From positions 135,265-199,264 of the forward strand of contig CAZUQR010000001.1 in NCBI GenBank assembly GCA_964622605.1: 64,000 nt of DNA. The letters are read 5' to 3'. Position 1 is the stretch's first letter. Every line of letters begins with the position of its first letter. A program made the position numbers and the translations under genes. Below, one piece after another: positions 1 to 9,359 of the stretch. The notes beneath the pieces were generated by a model, which saw only the letters and a program-made list of their open reading frames with translations, was not told where the DNA came from and did not search any database. The stretch comes from an uncultured Planctomycetia bacterium. GTDB lineage: Bacteria; Omnitrophota; Gorgyraeia; Velamenicoccales; Velamenicoccaceae.

Positions 1-1
1 T

Positions 2-643
2 TTCCTGGCGCGCGAGCGGCTGATCAAGGCCGACGTCTCGAGATACATTGATTCGCCGAAGCTCTGGAAGCGTATCCCCGACATCCTGAGTCTCGAGGAG
101 GTGGAGCGCCTGATCGAGGCCCCGGACCTGAAGACCGTCCAGGGCCGGCGGGACCGGGCGATCCTCGAGGTGATGTACGCGACGGGCATGCGCGTCTCGG
201 AGGCCTGCGGGGTCAAGATGAACGGCGTCAATACCGAGATCGGCTTTGTCCGGTGCCTGGGCAAGGGCCGTAAAGAGCGTCTCATCCCGCTGGGCCGCAA
301 GGCGATCCTCGCCCTGACGCGTTATCTTGAGACGGCGCGGCCCCGGCTCTTGAAGAAGGGGACGGCACCGGAGCTCTTTTTGAACCGTTCCGGCAAGCGG
401 CTGTCGCGCGTCTCTGTGTGGAAGATGGTCCGCGCGTACGCCCGCAAGGCGCGGATCAAGAAGAATATCCGGCCGCACCTGTTGCGCCATTCTTTCGCGA
501 CGCACCTGTTGGAGCGCGGGGCGGACCTGCGCTCCGTGCAGGAGATGCTGGGCCACGCCAATATCGGCACGACCCAGATCTACACGCATGTGACCCGCGA
601 CCGCCTGAAGTCGGTCCATAAGACCTTTCATCCTCGAGGGTAA
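2..643 (+). CDS. xerD: Tyrosine recombinase XerD, 5' end outside the window
   Basis: Frame 2 is open from the window edge. C-terminal catalytic region has [11 protein letters not shown] and [15 protein letters not shown]. The tail [19 protein letters not shown] resembles XerD more than XerC. Confidence 0.8.
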   Translation, partial: FLARERLIKADVSRYIDSPKLWKRIPDILSLEEVERLIEAPDLKTVQGRRDRAILEVMYATGMRVSEACGVKMNGVNTEIGFVRCLGKGRKERLIPLGRKAILALTRYLETARPRLLKKGTAPELFLNRSGKRLSRVSVWKMVRAYARKARIKKNIRPHLLRHSFATHLLERGADLRSVQEMLGHANIGTTQIYTHVTRDRLKSVHKTFHPRG

Positions 644-1921
644 ATGTTAAAGAGCCGTTTTGACAAGTGGCCTGTGCGTATTCGGCGCTTTTGCCTGGCG
701 GCGGCCGAGCTGGCAGATAGGGAGGGTTGGGTCCTGTATCTCGTCGGCGGCTGCGTGCGCGATCTCCTTCTCGGGGCCGGGCACGTGGATGTCGACCTCG
801 TCGTCGAGGGCGACGGCGTGGCCCTTGCCGCCCGCTGCGCCGGGGCGCTCGGCGGACGCTGCGTCACGCACCGGCGCTTCGGCACGGCCACGCTCGAGGC
901 ACCGGACGGCCTGAAGGTGGACATGGCCACGGCCCGGCGCGAGACCTACGAGAGGCCCGGCGCCCTGCCGCGCGTGGAGCGGGGCACGATCCGGGACGAC
1001 CTCCTGCGCCGCGACTTCACGATCAACGCCATGGCCATGGCGTTGAACAAGGCGTCTTTCGGCCGGCTCATCGACCTTTGCGCCGGCCAGAGAGACTTAC
1101 GGGCGCGGCGGGTCCGCGTCCTGCATCCTGGTAGTTTTATCGACGATCCGACGCGCATCGTGCGTGCCGTGCGCTTTGAGGAGCGTCTGGGGTTCCGGCG
1201 CGAACGCCGGACGGCGCAGTGGTTGCGCGCCGCCGTCGTCCGGAAGGCGCTCTTCACGGTGGGCAAGCACCGCCTGCGCGATGAGCTGGTGTTGTTGTTC
1301 CAGGAGCCGCGGCCCTACGGCGTTCTCAAGCGTCTTGGCGAGGCGGCGGGATTCGGTTATATCAGCCCGCACCTGCGTTTTCACAGGGTCTGGCGCCGGC
1401 GTTTTGACCGTGCCGCCGTCGCGATGCGCCGGTTTGAAGACAGGTCGGCGCAGCGGCGGTGTCTGGAGGCGCATGCGGTTTTCCTGAGCTTGTTCTTTTT
1501 TGACCTGCCCCTTAAGGAGTTGGAGGCGGTCTGTCGCGCGTTTGCCTTCCGGCGCAGCGAGAGCCGGCATATCCTGACGCTGCGGCGGCAGGCCCAACGC
1601 GTCAGAAAGATCCTCTCCCGCAAGGAGGTCCGGCCGAGCATCGTCTACCGGACCCTTTCGCCGTTGGACCCTGAGGTGGTCTTAAGCCTGGGCGCGCTCT
1701 TCGACGACAAGCATCTGCGCCGTCACATCGAGGATTTTTTCCTGTCGCTCAACCGCCAACGCCCCCAGGTCAGCGGCGAAGACCTCAAGGCGATGGGCCT
1801 GGAGTCCGGACCCGGTTACCGGCGCATTTTGGACAGGCTCTTGCGGGCGCGGCTGGACGGACGCATCGCGTCGAAGGAAGAAGAAATGGCCTGGGCGCGC
1901 CGGCTCATGGAGGAGACATGA
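644..1921 (+). CDS. cca: CCA-adding tRNA nucleotidyltransferase / poly(A) polymerase family protein
   Basis: GGCVRDLLLG, DVDLVVEGD and RRDFTINAMA motifs of the class II nucleotidyltransferase head domain. The ATG directly follows the xerD stop. Confidence 0.8.
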   Translation: MLKSRFDKWPVRIRRFCLAAAELADREGWVLYLVGGCVRDLLLGAGHVDVDLVVEGDGVALAARCAGALGGRCVTHRRFGTATLEAPDGLKVDMATARRETYERPGALPRVERGTIRDDLLRRDFTINAMAMALNKASFGRLIDLCAGQRDLRARRVRVLHPGSFIDDPTRIVRAVRFEERLGFRRERRTAQWLRAAVVRKALFTVGKHRLRDELVLLFQEPRPYGVLKRLGEAAGFGYISPHLRFHRVWRRRFDRAAVAMRRFEDRSAQRRCLEAHAVFLSLFFFDLPLKELEAVCRAFAFRRSESRHILTLRRQAQRVRKILSRKEVRPSIVYRTLSPLDPEVVLSLGALFDDKHLRRHIEDFFLSLNRQRPQVSGEDLKAMGLESGPGYRRILDRLLRARLDGRIASKEEEMAWARRLMEET

Positions 1922-2202
1922 TCATCGGTGTGGCGCGCATCAGCCTGCATCTGCCCTCATGCCGCTCCCTCAAGGAGAAGCGGCGCCACCTCAACGCCCT
2001 CAAGGCCGGGTTGTCTGCGGCCTTCAACGTCTCGGTGGCGGAGATCGAGGACCAGGATACGTGGCAGAAGACGGTCCTCGCCGTGGCGCACGTGGGTGTC
2101 TCGCGGCCGGTGGTGGACAGCGTGCTGGCGCAGGCGGTGGACAAGGTAGAGGCCTATCACGAGGCCCGGTTGCTCGATTACGAAACGGAGTTGATCGCAT
2201 GA
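1918..2202 (+). CDS. DUF503 (YlxP-like) protein
   Basis: 94 aa. The N-terminus MIIGVARISLHLPSCRSLKEKRR is typical of DUF503, and the position just upstream of rbfA is conserved. ATGA overlap with cca. Confidence 0.75.
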   Translation: MIIGVARISLHLPSCRSLKEKRRHLNALKAGLSAAFNVSVAEIEDQDTWQKTVLAVAHVGVSRPVVDSVLAQAVDKVEAYHEARLLDYETELIA

Positions 2203-2633
2203 GTCGTTCGGACAAGGTGGCCCAGGAGATCAAGAAGGTCGTCAGCGCCGTCATCCAGAAGGAGCTCTTTGACCCGCGCATGGGTTTTACGACGATCACG
2301 CGGGTCGAGGTAACGGATGACCTGCGTTTTTCGCACATCTACTACAGCGTCCTCGGCGATGAACAGCAGTGGCAGAACACCGGCGAGGCGGTGGAGCACG
2401 CCGCGGCGTTTATCCGCTGCCGCCTGGGGGACGAGTTGAACCTGCGCTACGTCCCGGAGATCGTCTTCAGGCCCGACCACTCGGTGGAGTACAGCATCCG
2501 TATCGAGCAGGAGCTCGAGCGCATCCGTCGGGAGCGGGAGGGGCGGACGCCGGAGAGGCCAAAGAGACACAAGGGACAGAAGGGACAAAAGAGACATGGT
2601 GCCAAAAAGACTGGTAAACGCGCTAAGAGATAG
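2199..2633 (+). CDS. rbfA: Ribosome-binding factor A
   Basis: Internal ATG at 2199 (ATGA overlap with the DUF503 stop) gives MSRSDKVAQEIKKVVSAVIQKELFDPRMGFTTITRVEVTDDLRFSHIYYSV, a typical RbfA. It has a basic K/R-rich C-terminal tail. Confidence 0.9.
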   Translation: MSRSDKVAQEIKKVVSAVIQKELFDPRMGFTTITRVEVTDDLRFSHIYYSVLGDEQQWQNTGEAVEHAAAFIRCRLGDELNLRYVPEIVFRPDHSVEYSIRIEQELERIRREREGRTPERPKRHKGQKGQKRHGAKKTGKRAKR

Positions 2634-3558
2634 AAAACACAAGGTCTTTGTCGTGGCGACCCACGTGCGCGTGGAGGGCGACGCCCTGGGCTCGGCGTTG
2701 GCCCTGGCCTCGCTGTTGCGGCGGCTGGGCAAGAAGGTGCACGGCGTCACCGGCGAGAGGGTGCCGGACGAGTATGCCTTCTTGCCGGGTCTCAAGAGGC
2801 TGCGGCGGGGCGCCTGGCCGAAGGATTACGATGTCTGCGTGCTGGTCGACTGTTCCGACAGGACGCGCCTGGGGGACCTTGCCCGCAAGGTCCGCCGGGA
2901 CAGGCTCCTCGTGAATATCGACCATCACGTCAGCAACACGCGGTTTGCTCACGTGAATTGGGTGGATCCTTCGGCCTCATCCGCCTGCGAGATGGTCCAC
3001 GGGCTCTTCAAGGCGATGCATCTGTCCATCCGGCACAGCGAGGCGGTGTCGCTTTATACGGGGCTCATGACGGATACGGGATCCTTCCGTTTTGCCTCCA
3101 CCACTTCCCGGACGCACGCGGCCGCGGCGGACCTCTTGCGTCAGGACGTGGATGTCAATGGTATCTACCGCGCGCTCCACGAGCAGTGGCCCTTCGGCGC
3201 CGTGGCGCTGCTGGGTGAGGTCCTGGGCACGCTCCGGCGTGACCCGAGCGGCAAGGTGGCGTGGCTGACGGTCAGCGCGGCGATGCTGCGGCGTCAACCG
3301 TCGCTCCTTTCGCGCACGGAGGAGATCATCCGTTTTGCCCGCAGTGTCGCAGGGGTCGAGGTGGCGGTCCTTTTCAAAGAGGTGCGTCCCGGCGCCGTCC
3401 AGGTCAATCTGCGTTCCATCGGCCGGCTTGACGTCAACGCCCTGGCCCGGCGCTTCGGCGGGGGCGGCCACCCCATGGCGAGCGGCTGCACGCTGCGGGG
3501 GCCCCTCAAGGACGTGGTGCGGCGCGTCGTGGCCGCGGCCGCACGGGGGAAGAGATGA
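2596..3558 (+). CDS. nrnA: DHH/DHHA1 phosphoesterase (NrnA-like oligoribonuclease / pAp phosphatase)
   Basis: DxD (HVRVEGDALGS), IDHHVSN and GGGGH motifs. Conserved rbfA-nrnA-truB order. Confidence 0.8.
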   Translation: MVPKRLVNALRDRKHKVFVVATHVRVEGDALGSALALASLLRRLGKKVHGVTGERVPDEYAFLPGLKRLRRGAWPKDYDVCVLVDCSDRTRLGDLARKVRRDRLLVNIDHHVSNTRFAHVNWVDPSASSACEMVHGLFKAMHLSIRHSEAVSLYTGLMTDTGSFRFASTTSRTHAAAADLLRQDVDVNGIYRALHEQWPFGAVALLGEVLGTLRRDPSGKVAWLTVSAAMLRRQPSLLSRTEEIIRFARSVAGVEVAVLFKEVRPGAVQVNLRSIGRLDVNALARRFGGGGHPMASGCTLRGPLKDVVRRVVAAAARGKR

Positions 3559-4220
3559 AAGAAGGACTGTTGGTCATCGATAAGCCCTCGGGGATGACGT
3601 CGCACGACGTCGTGGAGGTGGTGCGCCGGCGCTTCAAGATGAAGCGCGTCGGACACAGCGGGACGCTGGACCCCGTGGCAACGGGCATCCTCGTCATCCT
3701 GCTCGGCAGGGCGACGAAACTCTTCACCCAGTTCGTCCACTTTGACAAGGCCTACGAGGCGACGCTGCGCCTGGGCGTGGTGACGACCACCGGTGATGTC
3801 CAGGGCGCCGTCGTGAAGGAGCAGGACCCCGGCGGTGTCACACCCGATGAGGTCCGGCGCGTCTTCGGCACCTTCCTCGGGCAGCGCCAGCAGGTGCCGC
3901 CGATGGTCTCGGCCATCAAGTACAAGGGGCAACGGTTGTATGAATTGGCGCGCCGCGGCATCCAGGTCGAGCGCACGGCGCGTCCGATAAAGATCTATGA
4001 GCTTTCCATCACGCGCCTGGACCTGCCGGAGATCGATTTCACCGTGCGTTGTTCCAAGGGGACGTACGTGCGCCGGCTGGGCGAAGAGATCGGCGAAGCC
4101 CTGGGGGTCGGGGGGTTCATCGCGCGCATCCGGCGCGTCGCCCTCGGACCCTTCCAGATCAAGGACGCGGTCTCCCTGGACGTCTTCAATGAGAGTCATA
4201 TACGGCATTGGTCATCTTGA
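3555..4220 (+). CDS. truB: tRNA pseudouridine-55 synthase
   Basis: LVIDKPSGMTSHDVV and catalytic GHSGTLDPVATGILV motifs. Confidence 0.92.
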   Translation: MKEGLLVIDKPSGMTSHDVVEVVRRRFKMKRVGHSGTLDPVATGILVILLGRATKLFTQFVHFDKAYEATLRLGVVTTTGDVQGAVVKEQDPGGVTPDEVRRVFGTFLGQRQQVPPMVSAIKYKGQRLYELARRGIQVERTARPIKIYELSITRLDLPEIDFTVRCSKGTYVRRLGEEIGEALGVGGFIARIRRVALGPFQIKDAVSLDVFNESHIRHWSS

Positions 4221-5163
4221 GCGCGGGCCCAGGGGCCCCAAGGTCGTGACCGTCGGGGTCTTTGACGGCGTGCACCGCGGACACCGCCGCGTCCTTCGGT
4301 GCGTGCGCCGCGCCGCCCGCAGAGGCAACCGGATATCCGCCGTGGTGACCTTTGCCCGCCACCCCAGCCGTACCCTCCGGGTGCGCCCATCCGTCCGGCA
4401 CCTGACGTCCTTGACGCACAAGCTCCTCTTGCTGGAGCGCGAGGGTATCGATCGCTGTTATGTCGTGACGTTCAACCGTGCGGTGGCACAGCTTTCGGCC
4501 GAGGCCTTCGTGCGGGACATCCTCGTTGGGAGACTCAAGACCGCCGCGCTCTATGTCGGCGAGGATTTTGTCTTCGCAAGAGGCGCGCGCGGCAATGTCG
4601 CGACCCTGCGCGCCGCCGCGCGGCGCTTTGGTTTCCGTTTTTTTGCGTTGCGGCACAGCGTCGCCGGCGGCCGCGTCATCAGCAGCACGCGGATCCGCGA
4701 TCTCGTCGAGAAAGGCGACCTCGCCGCGGCGCGGCGCCTCCTGGGCCGGCGCGTTTCGCTCCTGGGTGTCGTGGTGCGCGGCGAAGGCCGCGGCCGGAGA
4801 CTCGGCTTTCCGACGGCCAATCTCTGTGTCGAGCACGAAGCGCTCGTCCCCGACGGCGTGTACGCGGCGCGCGGGCGCCTGATCCCGCGCGCGGGACGCA
4901 CGGGAGGCGGCACGCGCCCCGCTCGCTGGACACCGTGCGTGGCCTATATCGGACGCAAGCCGACCTTCCACCGGGATACAGGTCGTGTCGTGGAGGTCTA
5001 TTTTTGGCACAGGGGCGTGCGGCGCCTGCGCGGCCGCCTGCTCGAGGTCGAGTTTGTCCGTCGCCTGCGGCCCGACAGGCGCTTTGCCGCGGCCGCGGAC
5101 CTCGTGCGCCAGATGCGCCGGGACGTCCGCCTTGCCAGAGGTATTTTAAAAAGATTTTCTTAA
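4189..5163 (+). CDS. ribF: Bifunctional riboflavin kinase / FAD synthetase
   Basis: Start taken at the internal ATG 4189. The upstream part of ORF 3997 overlaps truB out of frame. Motifs: VTVGVFDGVHRGHRRVL and GFPTANL. Confidence 0.88.
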   Translation: MRVIYGIGHLERGPRGPKVVTVGVFDGVHRGHRRVLRCVRRAARRGNRISAVVTFARHPSRTLRVRPSVRHLTSLTHKLLLLEREGIDRCYVVTFNRAVAQLSAEAFVRDILVGRLKTAALYVGEDFVFARGARGNVATLRAAARRFGFRFFALRHSVAGGRVISSTRIRDLVEKGDLAAARRLLGRRVSLLGVVVRGEGRGRRLGFPTANLCVEHEALVPDGVYAARGRLIPRAGRTGGGTRPARWTPCVAYIGRKPTFHRDTGRVVEVYFWHRGVRRLRGRLLEVEFVRRLRPDRRFAAAADLVRQMRRDVRLARGILKRFS

Positions 5164-5215
5164 CCCCGCCTATAACACCTATCGGTTTTTAAATCAATAA
5201 GTTACGGTATATCCG

Positions 5216-5247
5216 GACCCGCTCGAACGAGCGGGTTTCTGTTTTTT
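5216..5247 (+). terminator. Intrinsic terminator after ribF
   Basis: Stem CCCGCTCG (5218-5225) pairs with CGAGCGGG (5228-5235), followed by TTTCTGTTTTTT. Confidence 0.75.
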
Positions 5248-5263
5248 GAGTGGAAACTTTTCC

Positions 5264-5292
5264 TTGACAAAGGGAGGGTTATTTTCTATACT
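5264..5292 (+). promoter_or_regulatory. Sigma70-type promoter of the dcw operon (upstream of mraZ)
   Basis: TTGACA (5264-5269), 17 bp spacer, TATACT (5287-5292), about 40 bp upstream of the mraZ ATG. Confidence 0.7.
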
Positions 5293-5331
5293 GAAGCTAA
5301 TTGTGGAGCTAAATGGAGCAAAGTGGATTAA

Positions 5332-5775
5332 ATGTTTTACGGCGAATATTCTCACTCCATCGATAACAAGGGCCGTTTGATCCTGCCGTCGCGCATCCGC
5401 GAGGTCGCCCAGGCGCACTACGTGGAGAGGTTCTTCGTCACGCGGGGTCTGGACACGTGTCTTTTCATGTTCGCGGAAGAGGAGTGGCGCAGCGTCGAGC
5501 AGAAGTTCAAGGCGATGTCGTTCACGCGCCAGGACGCGCGGCGCTTCAACCGTTTTTATTTCTCCGGCGCCGTCGAGGCCGTGCCCGACAAGCAGGGCCG
5601 CATCCTCATCCCGACGTACCTGAAGGAGTTCGCGGGCATCAAGCGCGACGTCATGATCTTGGGCGTCTCCAACCGCATCGAGATCTGGGACAAGACGCGC
5701 TGGCAGGAGTTCTACCAGGCGAACGTGGGGCAGTTCGAAGCGACCGCGGAAAAATTGATCGATAATTTCTCCTAA
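5332..5775 (+). CDS. mraZ: Transcriptional regulator MraZ
   Basis: MFYGEYSHSIDNKGRLILPSRIR and a second DKQGRILIP SpoVT/AbrB-like repeat. It is the first gene of the dcw cluster. Confidence 0.95.
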   Translation: MFYGEYSHSIDNKGRLILPSRIREVAQAHYVERFFVTRGLDTCLFMFAEEEWRSVEQKFKAMSFTRQDARRFNRFYFSGAVEAVPDKQGRILIPTYLKEFAGIKRDVMILGVSNRIEIWDKTRWQEFYQANVGQFEATAEKLIDNFS

Positions 5776-5796
5776 CCCGGCAAGAGGAGGCACACC

Positions 5797-6162
5797 ATGA
5801 TCCGATCATCAGGCGCACCCGTCACGGCCCGTCCCGTCGTCAAGACCGACAAGCGCATCTTTTTTCGCAACCCGCTTTACGACGTGCGGGCCTCGGTGAA
5901 GAACGTGACGACGGGAGAGCGCTTCGAGGCCTTCATCAAAGACATCAGCGGGTCGGGGATGGGCCTGTCCACGCCCGCCCCGGTCGCGCCGGGCACGGTG
6001 ATGGAGATAGCCCTCGAGATCCCCGACGGCTTCGGTCCCCTGAAGCTCCTGGGCCGGGCGGTCTGGTCACGGTCGATCGATTTCTTCGGCGTGCGCACGG
6101 GCGTCACGATCCTGAATCCGCGTTTCATGTCCGTGGCGCGCATCCTGAAGCTGTTCTTCTGA
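5797..6162 (+). CDS. PilZ-domain c-di-GMP receptor
   Basis: 121 aa with both PilZ signatures: RxxxR (KRIFFRN) and DxSxxG (KDISGSGMG). Strong RBS GAGGAGG. Confidence 0.8.
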   Translation: MIRSSGAPVTARPVVKTDKRIFFRNPLYDVRASVKNVTTGERFEAFIKDISGSGMGLSTPAPVAPGTVMEIALEIPDGFGPLKLLGRAVWSRSIDFFGVRTGVTILNPRFMSVARILKLFF

Positions 6163-6168
6163 TGCATA

Positions 6169-6249
6169 CCCCGGCTCGCCCCGTATCGTATGAAGGCAGG
6201 GGCCGGTGACGGGGCCTTCGGCCGGAGGACGAGTGGGGGCGAGCCGGGG
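6169..6249. repeat. Perfect 14-bp inverted repeat forming a GC-rich hairpin between the PilZ gene and rsmH
   Basis: CCCCGGCTCGCCCC (6169-6182) is the exact reverse complement of GGGGCGAGCCGGGG (6236-6249). There is an inner GGCC..GGCC sub-hairpin and no U-run. Confidence 0.7.
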
Positions 6250-6345
6250 TGATTTGCGGGACGGGAGTGAGGGCAGATCATGCATTCTATTTTAGCCAAC
6301 GTTGCGTTATTGGGCGATCGCCGCTCGGACGGCGGGGAGGGGCAG

Positions 6346-7245
6346 ATGTCCGCAACAGTTACGCATAAGCCCGTTATGTGCGCCGAGGTGCTTGCGGCCC
6401 TGGCTCTCGAGCCGGGTGAGGTCGTCGTGGATGCGACGCTGGGGCTGGGCGGGCACGCCGCAGCACTCCTTCCCGAGATCGCCCCGGGGGGCCGCCTCAT
6501 CGGCATCGACAAGGACGAGGAGGCGCTCACGCTGGCCCGAGGCCGCCTCGAGCAATGGTCCGCGTGTTGTGATATCGTGCACGACGACTTCCGGCACCTG
6601 GAGCGGGTCCTGGACCGTTGCCGCGTGGACGGCATCGATGCGGCGCTCTTCGATCTGGGCGTCTCGTCCTACCAGCTGGAGACGCCCGAGCGCGGCTTCA
6701 GTTTTCAGGCCGAAGGGCCGCTCGACATGCGCATGGACCGCCACGGCTTCATCAGCGCCTATGATCTCGTCAATACCCTGACTGAAGAAGAGCTGGCCTC
6801 GATCCTTTATAAATTCGGCGAGGAGCGGTTCTCGCGCCGCATCGCGCACGCCCTGGTGGCGATACGCCGGCGCGCCCCCATCGCCTCGACCCGTCAGCTC
6901 GCCGATGTCGTCTGGAAGGCGACGCCGTTCAAGGCCCGGCGCCGGCGCCTTCATCCGGCCACGCGGACCTTCCAGGCCTTGCGCATCGCCGTGAACCGCG
7001 AGCTCGAGAGCCTGGACGAGGCGCTCAAGAAAGCGGCGGTCTATCTGAACAAGGGGGGACGCTGTGTGGTGATCGCGTTCCACTCCCTCGAAGACCGGAT
7101 CGTCAAAGAGAACTTCAAGGCCCTGGAGAAGACCGGGCGGTTCCGGCGCGTCGCCAAAAAGGTGGTGCGGCCGGCTGCTGATGAGGTGTGCGCCAATCCG
7201 CGCAGCCGCAGCGCGCGGCTGCGGGTGATAGAGAGGATCTCATGA
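6346..7245 (+). CDS. rsmH: 16S rRNA (cytosine1402-N4)-methyltransferase
   Basis: HKPVM, DATLGLGGH and FDLGVSSYQL motifs. Start chosen at ATG 6346 (GGAGGGG RBS, usual N-terminal length). The ORF track start at 6280 is the alternative. Confidence 0.9.
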   Translation: MSATVTHKPVMCAEVLAALALEPGEVVVDATLGLGGHAAALLPEIAPGGRLIGIDKDEEALTLARGRLEQWSACCDIVHDDFRHLERVLDRCRVDGIDAALFDLGVSSYQLETPERGFSFQAEGPLDMRMDRHGFISAYDLVNTLTEEELASILYKFGEERFSRRIAHALVAIRRRAPIASTRQLADVVWKATPFKARRRRLHPATRTFQALRIAVNRELESLDEALKKAAVYLNKGGRCVVIAFHSLEDRIVKENFKALEKTGRFRRVAKKVVRPAADEVCANPRSRSARLRVIERIS

Positions 7246-7625
7246 AGACGACGCGGTGTCTGGTCCTCACGGGATTGGTGACGGTCTTGTGCCTGTTGTA
7301 CGTCTTTCAGCAGACGCAGGTGCTCAAGCTGGCTTACCGGATCACCGCCGAGGAACAGAAGCTGGAGGCTGCCCAGGACCGGCGGACCGCCTTGGAGTTC
7401 GCCCTCTCGACGCTGGAGTCGCCGGTCAGCATCGAACAGAACTTCATGCTCCCCAACGGCAGCTTTGAGATGCCGAGTGCCTTCCGCCTGGTGAAGGTGG
7501 AAAGGCCCGCCGCCTCGGCCGCCGCGTTGAACGTGGCGACCTCCTCCACGTCCTCGGGCTGGCGCCGTTTTGCGTTTCGTTCCTTGTTTTCAGCCAGGCA
7601 GGCAGAAGCCCGGACCGTCAAGTAG
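7242..7625 (+). CDS. ftsL: Cell division protein FtsL-like
   Basis: ATGA overlap with rsmH. One N-terminal TM helix (LVLTGLVTVLCLLYVF) followed by a coiled-coil segment. Conserved position between rsmH and ftsI. Confidence 0.7.
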   Translation: MKTTRCLVLTGLVTVLCLLYVFQQTQVLKLAYRITAEEQKLEAAQDRRTALEFALSTLESPVSIEQNFMLPNGSFEMPSAFRLVKVERPAASAAALNVATSSTSSGWRRFAFRSLFSARQAEARTVK

Positions 7626-7661
7626 CCCAGCGGCCGTCCTGGGCCGCCTTTCCTTCTTCGC

Positions 7662-9359
7662 GTGCGTCCACACATAACGCCCCTCAGGTTCGGTATCATC
7701 CTTGTCTTTTTCCTGGGGCTCTTCGCCTTCTTCTTTTTCAGGCTCCTCACCATCCAGCTCCTGCGCGCCTCATTCCTCTCGCGCCTCGCCGCCAAACAGC
7801 ATACCTACTATATGGAGTTGGAGCCCAAGCGCGGCACGATCTTCGACCGCAACCTGCGGCCCCTCGCGGTCAACGTCGCCACGTATTCCCTCTACGCCGT
7901 GCCGCCCGACATCCGGGATCACGGTGAGGTCATCGAGCGTCTGCATGCCCTGCTCGGCCTGGAAGCTGATTTCATCCGCGAACGGCTCACGCGGCCCAAG
8001 CAGTTCGTGTGGCTGGCGCGCAAGCTCGATGGGGACGCCATGAGACAGATCCAGGTTCTCAAGCTCGACGGCCTCTATTTCATCAAAGAGAGCAGGCGCT
8101 CTTATCCGAACGCCACCCTGGCGAGCCACCTGCTGGGTTTTGCGGGGCTCGACAACGTGGGCCTGGAGGGGCTGGAGCTGACCTATGACAAGTATCTGCG
8201 CGGCACGCCCGGCTGGACCTATTGTCTGCGCGACGCCCGCCAGCGCCCCCTGACGGTGACGGACGTGTTGCAGCCGCCCCTGGACGGATATTCTCTGGTC
8301 TTGACGATCGATGAGGTGATACAATTTATTGCAGAGAGGGAGCTGGACAAGGTCTACGAAAAGTACAAGGCCAAGGGCGCGATGATCGTGGTGATGGACG
8401 TCGCAACTGGGGAGGTCCTCGCGAGCGCCAGCCGTCCCACCTATGACCTGAACGCGCCGGCGTCCTATCCCGCAGAGGCGCGCCGCCACCGCGTCGTCAC
8501 GGATTTCTTCGAGCCCGGCTCGGTCTTCAAGGTCGTCACGGCCTCCGCCGCCCTGAACGAAAAGGCGTTCGGTCTCGACGACAAGATCTTTTGCGAGAAC
8601 GGCGCGTACCGCGTCGCGAACCACACCCTGCATGATGTCCACGAGTACGGCTGGCTGCCGTTCCTCAAGGTGATCGGTTTTTCCAGTAATATCGGCACGA
8701 CCAAGATCGCGCAGAAGTTAGGGGCTTCGATGGTCCACGACTATGCCGCGGCGTTCGGCTTCGGTGTCTCGACGGACTCCGGGGTCGTCGGTGAGGTCGC
8801 CGGGGTCCTCAAGCCGGTCTCCCGGTGGTCCAAGACGTCGATCGGCGCCGTTCCCATCGGTCAGGAGGTCTGCGTCACGGCCCTGCAGTTGGCCCGCGGC
8901 ATCTCGGTCCTCGCCAACGGCGGCGTGCTGATGCAGCCGTATGTCGTGCGGGCCATCATCGACAAGAAAGGTGAGGTCATCCGGGCCTTTGCCCCTAAGA
9001 CCGTCCGCCGCGTCCTGGCGGAGGAGACGGCCGCCTCCATGCGCACGGTTCTGACGTGGGCGGTGGAAGAGGGCACGGGCCGCATGGCGCGCTCGAAGCG
9101 GGTTCCCCTGGCGGGCAAGACCGGCACGGCCCAAAAAGTCGATCCCGCCGGCGGATATTCCCATTCGAAGTTCATGGCCTCCTTTATCGGGTTTGCGCCG
9201 GCGGATGACCCGAAGATCGCCATCGCCGTGGTCGTCGATGAGCCTCGGCCGTATTATTACGGCGGCGTGGTCTGTGCGCCGGTCTTCAAGGCGGTCGCCG
9301 AAGACGTGTTGAAGTATATGGAACTTGCGAGCGTTGCGTCTGTCGAGGTCGCACCATGA
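7662..9359 (+). CDS. ftsI: Peptidoglycan D,D-transpeptidase FtsI (class B PBP)
   Basis: GTG start, N-terminal TM helix, PBP dimerisation domain and a transpeptidase domain with SVFK (SxxK), SSN and KTGT motifs. Confidence 0.9.
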   Translation: MRPHITPLRFGIILVFFLGLFAFFFFRLLTIQLLRASFLSRLAAKQHTYYMELEPKRGTIFDRNLRPLAVNVATYSLYAVPPDIRDHGEVIERLHALLGLEADFIRERLTRPKQFVWLARKLDGDAMRQIQVLKLDGLYFIKESRRSYPNATLASHLLGFAGLDNVGLEGLELTYDKYLRGTPGWTYCLRDARQRPLTVTDVLQPPLDGYSLVLTIDEVIQFIAERELDKVYEKYKAKGAMIVVMDVATGEVLASASRPTYDLNAPASYPAEARRHRVVTDFFEPGSVFKVVTASAALNEKAFGLDDKIFCENGAYRVANHTLHDVHEYGWLPFLKVIGFSSNIGTTKIAQKLGASMVHDYAAAFGFGVSTDSGVVGEVAGVLKPVSRWSKTSIGAVPIGQEVCVTALQLARGISVLANGGVLMQPYVVRAIIDKKGEVIRAFAPKTVRRVLAEETAASMRTVLTWAVEEGTGRMARSKRVPLAGKTGTAQKVDPAGGYSHSKFMASFIGFAPADDPKIAIAVVVDEPRPYYYGGVVCAPVFKAVAEDVLKYMELASVASVEVAP

